From the NCBI GenBank assembly GCA_015067825.1, contig SVLQ01000001.1, forward strand, positions 396,485 to 460,484: a stretch of 64,000 bases of DNA. The letters are read 5' to 3'. Under the pieces are notes generated by a model that worked only from the letters and a program-made list of their open reading frames with translations, was not told the DNA's origin and ran no database searches. This DNA comes from Oscillospiraceae bacterium (GTDB lineage Bacteria > Bacillota > Clostridia > Oscillospirales > QAMX01). A program made the position numbers and the translations under genes. Shown piece after piece: positions 26,635 to 39,174 of this stretch (positions are counted from its first letter, which is position 1; the number at the start of each line of letters is the position of its first letter).

Positions 26635-26663
26635 TAGACGAATGCAAAGAATCATGATATAAT
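26635..26663 (+). promoter_or_regulatory. Extended -10 promoter of the long sigma-factor gene
   Basis: TAGACG (26635-26640), 17-nt spacer ending in TGA, TATAAT (26658-26663). Confidence 0.45.
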
Positions 26664-26727
26664 TTTATAAACGAATGCACCCAAATTCAAAAGCGCCACA
26701 CTATATGGATGAAAGGAGGCGAGAAAA

Positions 26728-28377
26728 ATGCAAGAAGCGAACGAAATGCGAGATCGGCTTATCCATGAATTTGTCGAAAACTATATGCAAAAGCTGTTTT
26801 ACTTCTGTTTAAAAAAGACCGGGAGTCATATGAAAGCTGAAGATTTAACACAAGATATCGCGCTTCAGATCATCACGGCTTTACATAAAGGCACGATTCC
26901 AACAAGTTTTTCGGCATGGGTATGGCAGATCGCGCGCAACTGTTATTCCGTATGGGCAAAGGAAAAGCATAAGCGCAACGAGTCGGTAACCGGTTCCGAT
27001 ATCAGCGACTATGAAATTGAAGACGAAAGCGAAAATATTCTTGATGAAATGATACACACAGACGAAATGGCTCTGCTTCAGCGTGAGCTGGCGTTCATCA
27101 AAAGCGATTACCGCAACATCGTCGTTGCCTACTACATAGAAAACAAGAGCGTTCGTGAAATTGCAGACTCACTCTCACTTTCAACAAATACGGTGAAGTC
27201 ACGACTTCTCCGTGCAAGACAAATTCTGAAAGAAGGTATGGATATGGCAAGAGAATTTGGGAAACGCAGTTATAAGCCAGAAGAAATAGTGTATTCAAAT
27301 ATTTGTACTGCCCCCGGCGAACTCGGACAGCCTTGGACACTAATGGATCCCAAACTGAACCAAAATATTTTCCTCGCATGTTATGACAATCCTATGACTG
27401 TGGAGGAACTTGCTATAGAGGTTGGAGTTGCTTTTCCATACATAGAAGATACGGTAAATCATTTGACGGCACAAACGCTGCTCGTCAAAAACGGTGACAA
27501 ATATGAAACGAACTTCCCGATCATCAGTCGCGAGGCACAACAAAAGATTCATTTTTACTACGAGGGAATTCTTCCGCAGTTGATTGCGCTAATAACAGAA
27601 AATATCGACAGATTGGTAGCACAGTACGAAGAATCGGATCTGTGTCTTTACGGCGAGTATCAGAGCTATGAAGAAGCCAAATGGATGCTGTTGATGGATT
27701 TTTATAAAGGCATGTATTCACTATGTGACAACTCTCCCAAAGACAGACTCGGCAACACACCAAGGCCAAACAGAGGTGTTTGGGACGTTGTAGGCTTTGA
27801 AAAATGCGATTTTTGTCCGGAATCAGTAGGTCACCATTGTCAATACGAAGGCTTCGTGCATTATCGTTTTGAATATTGCGGCATAAACAGCAGAACCCCT
27901 GCAAATCTTTCCGAGATCGAAGTACACGAGTTGCGTCTTATGGTAGAGGGAAAGGCTCCGGAAAATCTTTCTATCGCTGAAAAGCTTGTTGAATATGGGT
28001 ATGCTTATAAAAGAGCAAATGAGTATATTCCAAATGTGGTAGTAATCAGGCAAAATACCAATCAAAAGTTCTTGAAATTTTGCGAACGAAAGAATTTCAG
28101 CGCCGAATTTATGGAACACGCCAATGCACGCGGAATACTGCATAGGAGTATTCTGAATACAATCGAAAAAATCAATTGCACCGTTCGTGAAATCTTGTAT
28201 GCAGATCTTCCTGAGTCTGTCCGCACAAACACAAAAATGGTTAATGCACTACTCGAATCGATATGTTCAGCAAGTCATACTCTTGGTTACATCGTGAAAT
28301 ATGCCCTCGCTATCGGTTGGCTGAAATACGATGAAAACACATCTCCTGCTATTGGCGCATACTTTATGATTCCATAA
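26728..28377 (+). CDS. Sigma-70-family (ECF-like) RNA polymerase sigma factor fused to a roughly 370-aa soluble C-terminal extension
   Basis: Region 2 (DLTQDIALQIITAL...FSAWVWQIARNCY) and region 4 HTH (VREIADSLSLSTNTVKSRLLRARQILKE) lie in the first 180 aa or so. The rest has no TM segment and includes a wHTH-like stretch (MTVEELAIEVGVAFPYIEDTVNHL). RBS AAAGGAGG. Confidence 0.85.
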   Translation: MQEANEMRDRLIHEFVENYMQKLFYFCLKKTGSHMKAEDLTQDIALQIITALHKGTIPTSFSAWVWQIARNCYSVWAKEKHKRNESVTGSDISDYEIEDESENILDEMIHTDEMALLQRELAFIKSDYRNIVVAYYIENKSVREIADSLSLSTNTVKSRLLRARQILKEGMDMAREFGKRSYKPEEIVYSNICTAPGELGQPWTLMDPKLNQNIFLACYDNPMTVEELAIEVGVAFPYIEDTVNHLTAQTLLVKNGDKYETNFPIISREAQQKIHFYYEGILPQLIALITENIDRLVAQYEESDLCLYGEYQSYEEAKWMLLMDFYKGMYSLCDNSPKDRLGNTPRPNRGVWDVVGFEKCDFCPESVGHHCQYEGFVHYRFEYCGINSRTPANLSEIEVHELRLMVEGKAPENLSIAEKLVEYGYAYKRANEYIPNVVVIRQNTNQKFLKFCERKNFSAEFMEHANARGILHRSILNTIEKINCTVREILYADLPESVRTNTKMVNALLESICSASHTLGYIVKYALAIGWLKYDENTSPAIGAYFMIP

Positions 28378-28383
28378 TCAATA

Positions 28384-28424
28384 AAACAAAAACCGGGGCG
28401 GTATCCTTGCGGATACCGCCCCGG
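28384..28424 (-). terminator. Terminator of nifJ
   Basis: CCGGGGCGGTATCC (28393-28406) pairs with GGATACCGCCCCGG (28411-28424). The minus strand continues TTTTTGTTTT. Confidence 0.8.
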
Positions 28425-28448
28425 TGCTTTCATGCTGGATCAGGTCAA

Positions 28449-32021
<3,573 letters not shown>

Positions 32022-32137
32022 GGATATTTTCCTCCTATAATAAGAATATCATAAGTTCACCCGGCATTGCAACCGGAGCGCATAACAGACAAGCCCCTGC
32101 CGATCGGCACAGACTTACACACTACACGCTATTCTAT

Positions 32138-32166
32138 ATTATACAATTTTTTTCTTCGTTTGTAAA
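32138..32166 (-). promoter_or_regulatory. Sigma-A-type promoter of nifJ
   Basis: The minus strand reads TTTACA (32166-32161), 17-nt spacer, TATAAT (32143-32138). Confidence 0.5.
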
Positions 32167-32306
32167 CTGTTTTCGGGAAATAATTCGTAGATTTTCGCTG
32201 GCACTTATGGTATAATATGCACAAGGATGTATAATACCCCAATGTTTCCTCTTTACATAAAACGATCTCCGTCCGCCCTGCGGACTTCGGAAAGGAATCC
32301 GACGAT

Positions 32307-33515
32307 ATGAAATACGCGATCATTCTCTGCGACGGCATGGCCGACCGCCCAATCGAACTGCTCGGCGGCAAAACGCCGATGGAAGCCGCAAACTGCCCGA
32401 ACTTTGCCCGTGTAGCCGAAAAGGGGCGCGTCGGCAGAATCCGCACGCTTTACGAAGAGCTGCCGACTGGCAGCGACGTTGCCAACCTCTCCGTCCTCGG
32501 CTACGATCCGCACGTTTACTATACCGGCCGTTCGCCGATCGAAGCGCTCGGTCTCGGCATTTCACTCAAAGAGACCGACATGGTCTTCCGTCTGAACCTG
32601 GTAACGATCTCGGACGATGCGGTCTTCACCGATAAAACGATGGTCGACCACAGTTCCGACAAGATCACCACCGAAGAAGCCAACGAGCTCGTCGACGCGC
32701 TGGCGGCGGAATTCGGCTCGGACATGATGCAGTTCTACCACGGCGTGAGCTACCGCCACGTTTTCGTGCTCAACGATCCGAACTACACCGGCGAGCTGAC
32801 ACCGCCGCACGATATCCTCGGACAGAAGATCACCGCCTACCTCCCCCAAGGCGATATGGCGGCGGAATTCTCTCAGATGATGGAAAAGAGCTACGAAATT
32901 CTGATGGCGCATCCGGTCAACAAAGCGCGCGTTGCCCGCGGACTGCGCCCGGCCAACTGCCTGTGGCTTTGGGGTGCGGGCAAAAAACCGGCTTACGAAT
33001 CCTTCGCCGAAAAGACCGGGATTCAAAAGGCGCGCATGATCACGGCCGTTCCCCTTCTGAAAGGTCTGGCCGCCGGTATGGGCATGGAATACCCCGAGAT
33101 TGAGGGGGCGACCGGCGATTACGAAACGAACTACGCCGGCAAAGCCGCTTCTGCAATCGATGCGCTGCAAAACGGCTACGAATTTGTTTTCATCCACATC
33201 GAAGCGCCCGATGAATGCGGCCACGACGGCGACGCCGAGCTGAAGGTCAAGTCGCTCGAACAGATTGACCGCCACATCGTCGGCCCGGTTTTCGACGCAC
33301 TCAAAGCGCTCGGCGAGCCCTTCAAGCTGATCATCACGCCCGACCACGCAACGCCGTGTGCCGTACGTACGCATACCGCCGAGATGATCCCCTTCGTGCT
33401 CTACGACAGCCAAAAGGACTTCGGCGGGATCGAATTCACTGAAAAAGGCTCGCTCGCATCCGACTACGTGATCGAAGACGGCCACACTCTTTTTGCCACA
33501 CTTCTCGAGAAATAA
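32307..33515 (+). CDS. apgM: Cofactor-independent phosphoglycerate mutase family protein (ApgM type)
   Basis: MKYAIILCDGMADRP...GKTPMEAANCPNFARVA...TGSDVANLSVLGYDP and IHIEAPDECGHDGD are metalloenzyme-superfamily/ApgM motifs. Confidence 0.85.
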   Translation: MKYAIILCDGMADRPIELLGGKTPMEAANCPNFARVAEKGRVGRIRTLYEELPTGSDVANLSVLGYDPHVYYTGRSPIEALGLGISLKETDMVFRLNLVTISDDAVFTDKTMVDHSSDKITTEEANELVDALAAEFGSDMMQFYHGVSYRHVFVLNDPNYTGELTPPHDILGQKITAYLPQGDMAAEFSQMMEKSYEILMAHPVNKARVARGLRPANCLWLWGAGKKPAYESFAEKTGIQKARMITAVPLLKGLAAGMGMEYPEIEGATGDYETNYAGKAASAIDALQNGYEFVFIHIEAPDECGHDGDAELKVKSLEQIDRHIVGPVFDALKALGEPFKLIITPDHATPCAVRTHTAEMIPFVLYDSQKDFGGIEFTEKGSLASDYVIEDGHTLFATLLEK

Positions 33516-33521
33516 ACCGAC

Positions 33522-33554
33522 GCCCGGACAGAGATCCTGTCCGGGCATTTTTTT
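33522..33554 (+). terminator. Rho-independent terminator of apgM
   Basis: GCCCGGACAG (33522-33531) pairs with CTGTCCGGGC (33537-33546), followed by ATTTTTTT. Confidence 0.8.
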
Positions 33555-33605
33555 ATATCCACCAACATTTTCCGCGCAAAAACGACAGAAAACCGCGGTT
33601 TTCTC

Positions 33606-33634
33606 TTTACAGCAAATGCGAAATATGGTATAAT
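33606..33634 (+). promoter_or_regulatory. Sigma-A-type promoter (extended -10) ahead of the SSS transporter leader
   Basis: TTTACA (33606-33611), 17-nt spacer ending in TGG, TATAAT (33629-33634). Confidence 0.6.
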
Positions 33635-33640
33635 ATCCGA

Positions 33641-33798
33641 CATAGGATTTGCAGAACGGCAGTACGGTAGATTCCCCGGTAGTACAGTATTTTGGCAGGA
33701 TGGTAGATTTATGACAAAAAGGATGCGATTCTTCTTCGGCTGACAGGTTTTTGCGGTAGTTTTCTGCAAGTCCGCAAAAGGAACCGAAGGAGTTTTTT
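33641..33798 (+). promoter_or_regulatory. Roughly 160-nt 5' leader with a 10-codon uORF (MTKRMRFFFG) and alternative pairings; candidate cis-regulatory element of unknown class
   Basis: uORF ATG 33711 to TGA 33743 with TTC TTC TTC at 33729-33737. Long-range stem 33645-33656/33762-33773 (11 Watson-Crick pairs plus 1 G-U). Competing local stem TTTTGCGG 33749-33756/CCGCAAAA 33772-33779. Confidence 0.35.
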
Positions 33799-35316
33799 AT
33801 GTTTATCAAAATAGCTTTATTGATCGTTTTCTGTGCCGTTATGATCGGCATCGGTATTTATTCCCGCAAAAAGACCACCGGTGTTGACGGATTCGTCCTT
33901 GGCGGCCGTTCGATCGGCCCGTGGCTGACCGCATTCGCCTACGGTACCAGTTATTTCTCCGCCGTCGTATTCATCGGCTACGCCGGTCAGTTCGGCTGGA
34001 AATACGGTATGGCGTCGACCTGGATCGGCATCGGCAATGCCGTGATCGGTTCGCTGCTCGCATGGGTCATCCTCGGCCGCCGCACGCGTCTGATGACCAA
34101 GCACCTCGGCGCAGCGACGATGCCGGCGTTTTTCGGTTCCCGCTTTGCGAGTAAGGGACTGAAGATCGTCAGCTCGGCGATCATCTTTGTTTTCATGATC
34201 CCCTATACCTCGTCGGTCTACACGGGTCTTTCAAATCTCTTTTCGATGGCGTTTGATATCCCCTACGCTTACTGCATGGTCGCCATGGCCGCGCTGACGG
34301 CGGTCTACGTCATCCTCGGCGGCTACGTTGCCACCGCGATCAACGACTTCATTCAAGGAATCATCATGCTCGCCGGTATCGCGGCCGTGATCATCGCCGT
34401 GCTCGCCGGACAGGGCGGTTTCACCGAAGCCGTGCGGAAGCTCTCGGAAATTTCGGCTGACGGTGTTGCCGCAGGCGGCTTCACCAAGCTCTTCGGGCCC
34501 GACCCGCTCTCGCTCCTCGGCGTCGTCATCCTGACCTCGCTCGGCACGTGGGGTCTGCCGCAAATGGTGCAGAAATTCTACGCGATCAAGTCGGAAAAAT
34601 CGATCAAGACCGGCACGATCATCTCCACGCTCTTCGCACTCGTTGTCGCCGGCGGCTCCTATTTCCTCGGCGGTTTCGGGCGTCTCTTCTCCGGTTCGGA
34701 CGCGATCTACTCCGCGACCGGCGCGGTCAAGTACGATATGATCGTCCCCACGATGCTTTCGAGCCTCTCCGATATTCTGATCGGCATCGTTGTCGTACTC
34801 GTTCTGAGCGCATCAATGTCCACCCTTTCGAGCCTCGTTATGACTTCGAGCTCGACTCTGACGATCGATCTGATCGGTGGAACCTTCGTCAAGGACATGA
34901 CCGACAAGAAAAAGGTCCTTTGGATCCGCATTCTGATCGCCGTGTTTATCGTGCTCTCCGTCGTTATCGCGCTGGATCCGCCGGCGTTCATCGCCCAGCT
35001 GATGGGCATTTCGTGGGGCGCTTTGGCCGGTTCGTTCCTGGCCCCGTTCCTCTACGGCCTCTTTTCGAAGAAGGTCACCCGCGGCGGCGTCTGGGCCTGT
35101 TTTGTGTCCGGTGTCGGCATCACGGTTCTGGCGATGCTCTCCAACTTTTTCGGTCTCTCGGCCGCTTCGCCGATTTTGAGCTTTGTCTGCAACCCGATCA
35201 ACGCCGGTGCGATCGCCATGCTCGCCGGTCTGATCATCGTCCCGCTCGTCAGCGCGGTTACCCCGAAGCTCGAACCCAAAACGGTCGAGCACTGCTTCGC
35301 CGCCTACGACAAATAA
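33799..35316 (+). CDS. Sodium:solute symporter (SSS family), substrate unknown
   Basis: 13-TM profile. N-terminal GGRSIGPWLTAFAYGTSYFSAVVFIGYAG is typical of SSS (PanF/PutP-like) carriers. RBS GAAGGAG. Confidence 0.9.
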   Translation: MFIKIALLIVFCAVMIGIGIYSRKKTTGVDGFVLGGRSIGPWLTAFAYGTSYFSAVVFIGYAGQFGWKYGMASTWIGIGNAVIGSLLAWVILGRRTRLMTKHLGAATMPAFFGSRFASKGLKIVSSAIIFVFMIPYTSSVYTGLSNLFSMAFDIPYAYCMVAMAALTAVYVILGGYVATAINDFIQGIIMLAGIAAVIIAVLAGQGGFTEAVRKLSEISADGVAAGGFTKLFGPDPLSLLGVVILTSLGTWGLPQMVQKFYAIKSEKSIKTGTIISTLFALVVAGGSYFLGGFGRLFSGSDAIYSATGAVKYDMIVPTMLSSLSDILIGIVVVLVLSASMSTLSSLVMTSSSTLTIDLIGGTFVKDMTDKKKVLWIRILIAVFIVLSVVIALDPPAFIAQLMGISWGALAGSFLAPFLYGLFSKKVTRGGVWACFVSGVGITVLAMLSNFFGLSAASPILSFVCNPINAGAIAMLAGLIIVPLVSAVTPKLEPKTVEHCFAAYDK

Positions 35317-35445
35317 CATTCACCCACTTCTGCACGGAGCCGTTTGTGCTCCGTGCGGTCTCATAAAAAAGCCGTACGCCGCCCCCCCGACCGGCAGCAA
35401 GGCACGCACAGAGATTTTTTCGGGGGAGGAAGGATTTGACCGATC

Positions 35446-36753
35446 ATGCCAATGTTTCAACCGCAGATCGAAACCATGCCGCGCGAGGAGCTCCGTGCGC
35501 TCCAGCTGGCAAAACTGAAAAAACAGGTGGAGCACGCCTATAACGACGTTCCGTTTTACAAAAAACAGCTCGACGAACGCGGTGTTCGCCCCGAACACAT
35601 CAAAACCCTGAAAGACGTCGCGCTCCTGCCGCTGACGACCAAAGAGGAGTTGCGCCAGAACTATCCGTTCGGGATGTTCGGCGTGCCGCAGAAGGACGTC
35701 GTGCGCATTCACGCATCCTCCGGCACGACCGGCAAGCCGACCGTCGTCGGCTACACCAAGCAGGATCTTGACGTCTGGAGCGACTGTGTCGCCCGTTTCT
35801 GCGCCGCCGTCGGCGTTACCGCCGAAGACACCGCGCAGATCTCGTTTGGCTACGGCCTCTTCACCGGTGCGCTCGGTCTGCACATGGGGCTGGAAAAGCT
35901 GGGCGCTTCGGTTATCCCGATCTCCAGCGGCAATACCGACAAGCAGCTCATGCTGATGGAAGACTTCGGCACGACCGTTCTGATCGCCACGCCTTCCTAC
36001 GCGCTCTATCTCGCCGAAGCGATCCACGAACGCGGCCTCGCCGATCGTTTGAAGCTGAAGATCGGTCTCTTTGGCAGCGAATGCTGCACGCCGGAAATGC
36101 GCGCGCAGATCGAAAAACACATGAACGTTTTCGCCACCGATAACTACGGTCTGAGCGAATGCGGCGGTCCGGGTATGAGCGGCGAATGCCATCTGCGCAA
36201 CGGTCTGCACATCAACGAAGACCACTTCCTCTGTGAGATCCTCGACGCCAACACCTTTGAACCGGTGGAAGAAGGCGAAAAGGGCGAACTGGTCATCACC
36301 TGTCTCTCCAAGCAATGTCTGCCGGTGCTCCGCTACAGAACCAAGGATATCACCTCGATCGACTACTCTCCCTGCGCGTGCGGCCGTACCTTCGCCCGCA
36401 TGGCAAAAGTCACCGCCCGCACCGACGATATGCTCATCATCAAGGGCGTCAACGTCTTCCCCTCGCAGATCGAATCCGTGCTGATGGGCATGGAAGGCGT
36501 CGCGCCGCACTACCAGCTCGTTCTGCGCAAAAAGCGCCTGATGGATACGCTGGAAGTTAAGGTCGAACTCGGCGACTCCGCCTCGCTCGAACGCTTTGCC
36601 GAACTGGAAACCCTGCAGAGAAATATCCACGACCGTCTGAAGTCGGTTTTGGGTCTGGAATGCAAGGTCACGCTGGTCGAACCCGGTTCGCTCGAGCGCT
36701 TCCAGGGCAAGGCCAAGCGCGTACTTGACCTCAGAAACGAAGAAAACGCCTAA
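35446..36753 (+). CDS. paaK: Phenylacetate-CoA ligase family (PaaK-like) adenylate-forming enzyme
   Basis: ELRALQLAKLKKQVEHAYNDVPFYKK, HASSGTTGKPTVVGYT, YGLSE and RTDDMLIIKGVNVFPSQIE are PaaK-family motifs. Confidence 0.9.
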   Translation: MPMFQPQIETMPREELRALQLAKLKKQVEHAYNDVPFYKKQLDERGVRPEHIKTLKDVALLPLTTKEELRQNYPFGMFGVPQKDVVRIHASSGTTGKPTVVGYTKQDLDVWSDCVARFCAAVGVTAEDTAQISFGYGLFTGALGLHMGLEKLGASVIPISSGNTDKQLMLMEDFGTTVLIATPSYALYLAEAIHERGLADRLKLKIGLFGSECCTPEMRAQIEKHMNVFATDNYGLSECGGPGMSGECHLRNGLHINEDHFLCEILDANTFEPVEEGEKGELVITCLSKQCLPVLRYRTKDITSIDYSPCACGRTFARMAKVTARTDDMLIIKGVNVFPSQIESVLMGMEGVAPHYQLVLRKKRLMDTLEVKVELGDSASLERFAELETLQRNIHDRLKSVLGLECKVTLVEPGSLERFQGKAKRVLDLRNEENA

Positions 36754-36787
36754 TGCAAACTGACCGGAAAGGTATGGTAACAAGATC

Positions 36788-38530
36788 ATGAATCAGTCCG
36801 AAAAAACTCTGCTCCTCGGCAATGCCGCCGTCGCACGCGGCCTCTATGAAGCCGGCTGCAGCTTTGTCTCCAGCTACCCCGGCACCCCCAGCACCGAAGT
36901 CACCGAAGAAGTCGCAAACTATCCGGAAGTCTACGCAGAGTGGGCTCCGAACGAAAAGGTCGCTTTGGAAGCGGCGTTTGGCGCATCGCTCTCGGGCGTG
37001 CGCAGCTTCGCCGGTATGAAGCACGTCGGCCTGAACGTCGCCGCCGACCCGCTCTTTACGATGGCCTACACCGGCATCAACGGCGGTCTCGTCATCGCCG
37101 TCGCCGACGACATGGGTATGCATTCGTCGCAGAACGAACAGGACAGTCGCCACTACGCCATTTCCGCCAAGGTTCCGATGGTCGAACCGGCGGATTCGGA
37201 AGAATGCCGCAGCTTTGTGAAGGCGGCTTACGAGCTGAGCGAACGTTTCGACACGCCCGTGCTCTTCCGCCTGTCCACGCGCATTGCACATTCGCGTTCG
37301 CTGGTTGCGCTCGCCGACCGCGAAGACGTCGCTCGCAGGGAATACGTCAAGAACCCGCAGAAGTACGTTATGATGCCCGCCAACGCCCGCGGCCGCCACG
37401 TCTTCGTGGAAGACCGTATGGCCAAGCTCGCCGAACTCGCCGAAACGACGGGCCTGAACAAAATCATCCCCGGCGACAAAAAGCTCGGCATCATCGCCTC
37501 CGGCATCGCTTACTGCTACGCACGCGAAGCCCTCGGCGACAACGCGTCGTACTTAAAGCTCGGCCTCATCCATCCGCTGTCGGAAAAGCTGATCCGCGAA
37601 TTTGCCGCCTCGGTCGACCGTCTGATCGTCATTGAAGAACTGGACGACGTTTTTGAATCGCAGATCAAAAAGATGGGCATTGCCTGCGAAGGCAAATCGC
37701 TCTTCTCTCTGCTCGGCGAATACAGCGCCGAGCTGATCGAAAAGGTCATTTGCGGCAAGGAAACAAGCGGCTACGACCTGCCCGCTCCGGTTCCCGGCCG
37801 CCCGCCGGTGCTCTGCCCCGGCTGCCCGCACAGAGGCGTTTTCTACGTGCTTTCCAAGCTGAAGCTCACCGTTTCCGGCGACATCGGCTGCTATACGCTG
37901 GGGGCGCTCGCTCCCCTCTCCGCGCTCGATACGACCCTTTGCATGGGTGCGTCGATCTCGGGTCTGCACGGTTTTGTTAAGGCCGGCGGCGAAGAAGCGG
38001 CGAAGAAGAGCGTTGCCGTCATCGGCGACTCCACCTTTATCCATTCGGGCATTACCGGCCTGATCAATATCGTCTACAACCAGAGCAACGCGACCGTGAT
38101 GATCCTCGACAACTCGATCACCGGTATGACCGGCCACCAGCAGAACCCCTGCACCGGCAAAACGCTGCAGAACGATCCGACCTACGCGGTTGATCTCGAA
38201 GCGCTCTGCAAGGCCGTCGGCGTCAAGCGTGTTTCGGTCGTCGATCCGTTCGACATCGCCGCGGTGGAAGCGACGGTCAAGGAAGAGCTCGCCGCCAACG
38301 AGCCGAGCGTGATCATTGCGCGCAGACCGTGTGCGCTTTTGAAATCGGTCAAGGCACAGCCGGCGCTCAAGGTCGATGCGGACAAATGCCGCCGTTGCAA
38401 GGCGTGCATGAAGATCGGCTGCCCGGCGATCTCGTTTGACGCCGAGCACGGTGCAAAGATCGACTTCTCGCTCTGCACGGGCTGCGGCCTCTGCGAAAAG
38501 CTCTGTAAGTTCGACGCGATCATTGGCTGA
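36788..38530 (+). CDS. iorA: Indolepyruvate:ferredoxin oxidoreductase, alpha subunit
   Basis: LLLGNAAVARGLYEAGCSFVSSYPGTPSTE. TPP-binding GDSTFIHSGITGLIN. C-terminal 2x[4Fe-4S] (CRRCKACMKIGCP, CTGCGLCEKLC). Confidence 0.93.
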   Translation: MNQSEKTLLLGNAAVARGLYEAGCSFVSSYPGTPSTEVTEEVANYPEVYAEWAPNEKVALEAAFGASLSGVRSFAGMKHVGLNVAADPLFTMAYTGINGGLVIAVADDMGMHSSQNEQDSRHYAISAKVPMVEPADSEECRSFVKAAYELSERFDTPVLFRLSTRIAHSRSLVALADREDVARREYVKNPQKYVMMPANARGRHVFVEDRMAKLAELAETTGLNKIIPGDKKLGIIASGIAYCYAREALGDNASYLKLGLIHPLSEKLIREFAASVDRLIVIEELDDVFESQIKKMGIACEGKSLFSLLGEYSAELIEKVICGKETSGYDLPAPVPGRPPVLCPGCPHRGVFYVLSKLKLTVSGDIGCYTLGALAPLSALDTTLCMGASISGLHGFVKAGGEEAAKKSVAVIGDSTFIHSGITGLINIVYNQSNATVMILDNSITGMTGHQQNPCTGKTLQNDPTYAVDLEALCKAVGVKRVSVVDPFDIAAVEATVKEELAANEPSVIIARRPCALLKSVKAQPALKVDADKCRRCKACMKIGCPAISFDAEHGAKIDFSLCTGCGLCEKLCKFDAIIG

Positions 38531-38556
38531 GCGGTTCAGCGGAAAGGAAACGAATT

Positions 38557-39135
38557 ATGACCAATATTTTGATCGTCGGTGTCGGCGGCCAGGGTTCTCT
38601 GCTCGCCAGCCGCATTCTCGGCGCATTTTACACCAAACGCGGACTGGACGTCAAACTCAGCGAAGTCCACGGCATGAGCCAGCGCGGCGGTTCCGTCGTC
38701 ACTTACGTGCGTGCCGGCGAACGCGTTGACTCGCCTATCATCTCTCGCCACACTGCCGACATGATCCTCTCGTTTGAAGCGATCGAAGCGGCGCGTTATC
38801 TCGAATATCTGAAGCCCGACGGCGCTCTCATTACCAGTACGCAGGAGATCGATCCCATGCCCGTCATCACCGGCGCGGCAAAGTACCCGTCGGACATCCT
38901 CGACCAAATCGCCGATCTCGGCGTCAAGGCCGTCAGCATGGATGCGCTCTCGCTGGCGGTCGAAGCAGGTTCGCCGAAAGCTGCCAACGTTGTTATGATC
39001 GGTGCGGCCTCCAACGTTCTGGGCGGAAGCGAAGAAGAGTGGCTGGAAGTTCTCGCCGCCTGCGTACCGCCGAAGTTTTTGGAGATGAACCGCAAAGCCT
39101 TCCTTTTGGGCAGAGCGGCACATTGCTCGAAGTAA
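38557..39135 (+). CDS. iorB: Indolepyruvate:ferredoxin oxidoreductase, beta subunit
   Basis: NILIVGVGGQGSLLASRILG...HGMSQRGGSV is the POR-gamma/IorB motif. It immediately follows iorA. Confidence 0.9.
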   Translation: MTNILIVGVGGQGSLLASRILGAFYTKRGLDVKLSEVHGMSQRGGSVVTYVRAGERVDSPIISRHTADMILSFEAIEAARYLEYLKPDGALITSTQEIDPMPVITGAAKYPSDILDQIADLGVKAVSMDALSLAVEAGSPKAANVVMIGAASNVLGGSEEEWLEVLAACVPPKFLEMNRKAFLLGRAAHCSK

Positions 39136-39174
39136 ATTCGCTGATTACACACCGAACACAAGGAGGAATTCGCG

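Noticed and set aside
26638-26679. 9-nt direct repeat ACGAATGCA (26638 and 26671) flanking the sigma-factor promoter, as a possible autoregulatory ECF promoter or operator.
   Set aside because: A 9-mer repeated within 50 nt is expected about ten times per 64 kb by chance. It does not resemble the GGAAC/CGTC-type ECF -35/-10 pattern. It is noted only as a weak hint.
32098-32109. Perfect 12-bp palindrome TGCCGATCGGCA in the nifJ 5' UTR as a possible operator.
   Set aside because: Perfect 12-bp palindromes are expected about 64000/4096, or roughly 16 times, in a window this size. There is no second copy or recognisable regulator motif.
35334-35360. Hairpin GCACGGAGC/GCTCCGTGC between the SSS transporter and paaK as a terminator splitting the block.
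   Set aside because: It is followed by GGTCTCATAAAAAA rather than a U-tract. It is possibly a processing or attenuation site but not a convincing intrinsic terminator, so it is left unannotated.
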